Below are positions 61,847-64,000 of a stretch of DNA of 64,000 nt, piece by piece (position 1 is the first letter of the stretch; the number at the start of each line of letters is the position of its first letter). The stretch is from positions 1,056,001 to 1,120,000 of the forward strand of contig OZ241917.1 of the NCBI GenBank assembly GCA_965203805.1. Reading direction: 5' to 3'. The notes under the pieces were generated by a model. That model was given only the letters and a program-made list of their open reading frames with translations. It had not been told where the DNA came from and made no database searches. The translations under genes and the position numbers were made by a program. Source of the stretch: Candidatus Latescibacterota bacterium (GTDB lineage Bacteria; Latescibacterota; UBA2968; GCA-2709665).

Positions 61847-63925
61847 TCACAACGCGACCGCGAGGCTGCTGACGGGACCCTTTACGCCGGCGCTGTTGAA
61901 AGATCGCACCCGCAGGGTGTTCAGCCCGCGGTTCAGATGCCAGTCGAAGGCCTCGGGGCACGATGTCCACGCCTCCCGGTCCATGCTGGACAGAAATCCC
62001 GAGAAACAGGGCGTCTGCGTCTCCAGGCTGACCCTCAGCAAGGCAGCGCTTCGCGTTGTCTCCACCGTGTACCGGGTCTGGTTCATCGACGGATAGAAGT
62101 CCGAACGCCGGTTCGTGTGACGCGAGAAGTGCGGCAACGGCGGCACGTTGTCATCGGCCCAGTTGAGATACCCGTCCCACGCCCAGACCTCCGTGCCCTG
62201 ACTCACCGGAAGCGGCCGCGACTGGCTGAACACGTTGCCGCGCGGAATCATCCGGAAGTGGCAGAAGGAACGGAACAGAAAGTGCGCGCCGTCGGTTGTG
62301 GAAAACTCGTGGCGGCCTTCCCGAATCCCGATCGGCAGGTCGCGAACCAGGGTTTCCAGGTCCTGCCGGAACAGATACGGACGATCCCAGCGTTCGACGT
62401 CCTCGAGCCTGTCCACGAGGACCCGGTGCACCTCGAGCGTATCCAGCGGCACACGCGTTTCCGGATCGTACCAGTAGAAATCCCGCGTGGCGTCAAGATG
62501 GACCCACTTGCCATAATCGTTCGACCAGACCTCCGCAATCTCGTGTCCGGTCATGCCTTCGCTGTGAAAGTTCACATGACGCGCCGGGAAGCCGAAGCTC
62601 AGACACGCGACCACGAGCGCCACGTTCGGATACAGGCACATCTTGTCGCGCCGCCGTTCCCTGTACCGATTCATCACAATCGCGCCCGATTCGTCCCGCT
62701 CGAGCACCAGCCAGTCCAGGACGTTCCAGGGATAGTGCCGGCACGCGCCCAGCGGAACGGCATACGCCCACGCCATCAGACGCTCGATGGCCTCGAATTC
62801 CGTCTGTGCCCCGGCGACAACGGCATCCAGTTCGAACCGTTCGCGCAGTTCGCGCAAGGTGGCGTGGTTGTAGTCTTCGTCCGCGGTCCAGTAAGAAGAC
62901 CGCCGGATGGCCGCGTTCTCGGCGCGGACGACCCGGGGCGGCGCATCTCCTTCCGGGCGCACGTCGGCCATGACACGCATCGCCTTCAGGACGGGCGTAC
63001 GGGCAGCGTGGGACGTCTGTAACCGCATCCGCCACTGAAGGTAACGTCCCTGCAGGCGCGTTACCCTTGACCCGGGGTCACACGACTGCCATTCGCTCCA
63101 GCCCGCCCCGTTCACAACCGGGCCGGCCCCTGTGCGTACCTCACAGCCGACAGCAGTTCCGCCGGGGACGTCCGCGTCCCAATCCAAACGCAACTCACGA
63201 ATGGATTGGCGCCGTTTCACGCCTTCGCGTTCGCCCGCGGCATCGATGACCGGCGACACGACAACCCCTTCGTCGCGGTACCCGTCCACGATCAGCCGGA
63301 TCACGTATTCGCCGCGTTCGGGCTCCCAATCGCCGTTTCGACGCGTACGACTCGACGCGGGCAGCACGACCGGGTCCGCCGATCCCTTATCAAAGTCCCG
63401 GTAATCCGCCACCATCAGGCTCCATCCCACCCTCCCGCCGGCCACGTCGACAACCAGATGGTTGTCGCCCTGCCGCAGACATCCCGGCGGAAGTTCCAAG
63501 TAATACCACCGGCTCCAGCTCCACGCGCCTTCATCGGGCGCCAACTCCCAGTACTGCCGGGCGTCGGGGGTCGCCAGCGGGGACGGCGGCCGCAGCGCCT
63601 CCCGTCCGTTGACGTTGAATCGCAATGTGGCCGAATGGCCCCGCCGCTCCCTTGCGATAAAAGCGACCTGTGCCTTCCCGGGAGGACGCTGCGCCAACGT
63701 CAGTGTCTTCTTCAGCGCCACGCGGCCGGATAATGCCAGGAACGGATCCTCGTCCAGGTCGTCCGACCTTCCGGCGCCGGGGCTGTCGTTCTCCGCCACC
63801 GAACCTCTGAAAAGGCGGATCCCGTCTTCTTCGTCCCCCATCCAGAGATCCGTAACGTCCGAGGCGCCGTAGATCTCTCGCGCGGGAAAGCGGGTCTCGA
63901 TCCGCTTGTATCCCTCGTCAGCCAT
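61847..63925 (-). CDS. Transglutaminase-like domain protein
   Basis: MC......V..C.S.G.PAR.......GHE..EVWSN.Y.KWV.LD Cys-His-Asp arrangement. Confidence 0.7.
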   Translation of the reverse strand: MADEGYKRIETRFPAREIYGASDVTDLWMGDEEDGIRLFRGSVAENDSPGAGRSDDLDEDPFLALSGRVALKKTLTLAQRPPGKAQVAFIARERRGHSATLRFNVNGREALRPPSPLATPDARQYWELAPDEGAWSWSRWYYLELPPGCLRQGDNHLVVDVAGGRVGWSLMVADYRDFDKGSADPVVLPASSRTRRNGDWEPERGEYVIRLIVDGYRDEGVVVSPVIDAAGEREGVKRRQSIRELRLDWDADVPGGTAVGCEVRTGAGPVVNGAGWSEWQSCDPGSRVTRLQGRYLQWRMRLQTSHAARTPVLKAMRVMADVRPEGDAPPRVVRAENAAIRRSSYWTADEDYNHATLRELRERFELDAVVAGAQTEFEAIERLMAWAYAVPLGACRHYPWNVLDWLVLERDESGAIVMNRYRERRRDKMCLYPNVALVVACLSFGFPARHVNFHSEGMTGHEIAEVWSNDYGKWVHLDATRDFYWYDPETRVPLDTLEVHRVLVDRLEDVERWDRPYLFRQDLETLVRDLPIGIREGRHEFSTTDGAHFLFRSFCHFRMIPRGNVFSQSRPLPVSQGTEVWAWDGYLNWADDNVPPLPHFSRHTNRRSDFYPSMNQTRYTVETTRSAALLRVSLETQTPCFSGFLSSMDREAWTSCPEAFDWHLNRGLNTLRVRSFNSAGVKGPVSSLAVAL

Positions 63926-64000
63926 CTTCCGGCCTTTGCCGATTCGCAGGTTCGCCGCGGGCGGCGTACCGTATGCGGGGTGGACAAAACACCGCCTATT

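Overview
GC-rich bacterial chromosomal window; the PorX-like/tsaE neighbourhood and long-type IspG suggest an FCB-group-related lineage (inference). 1-38 kb is mostly housekeeping: the end of a polysaccharide cluster (gmd, acetyltransferase, glycosyltransferases, flippase), an Ogg-type glycosylase, ABC transporter plus DUF1854, a Rieske protein, RND pump, queC, a KamA-family radical SAM enzyme, UPF0182, murQ, a ClpX-like ATPase, rqcH, tsaE, a two-component pair, rpsU, cvpA, mutS2, ispG, dnaG and tRNA-Ile2(CAT). A ~15 kb all-minus-strand defence island follows the tRNA (38.3-53.3 kb). It holds type III R-M res and mod, DUF1828, HicBA plus a hicB relic, an AlbA_2/Schlafen protein, a displaced mod 3' relic, a coupled TIGR04255-like/unknown/ART-like triad, a RelE-like/UvrD helicase and a Cas4-like nuclease. 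The most striking feature is a complete four-helix-bundle (bAvd/IVP-like) gene nested in the +1 frame inside the mod ORF. The mod frame stays open across it, and inverted heptamer-repeat arms that pair in the mRNA bracket it; a second, empty pair of the same arms lies upstream in mod. The right end encodes a serpin, VOC and Gfo/Idh/MocA enzymes, two lipoproteins, an HU/IHF protein, a cN-III-like nucleotidase, an ECF sigma factor fused to a two-domain beta-clamp-like module, and a transglutaminase-like protein. All family calls come from motif recognition by eye; no database searches were run.
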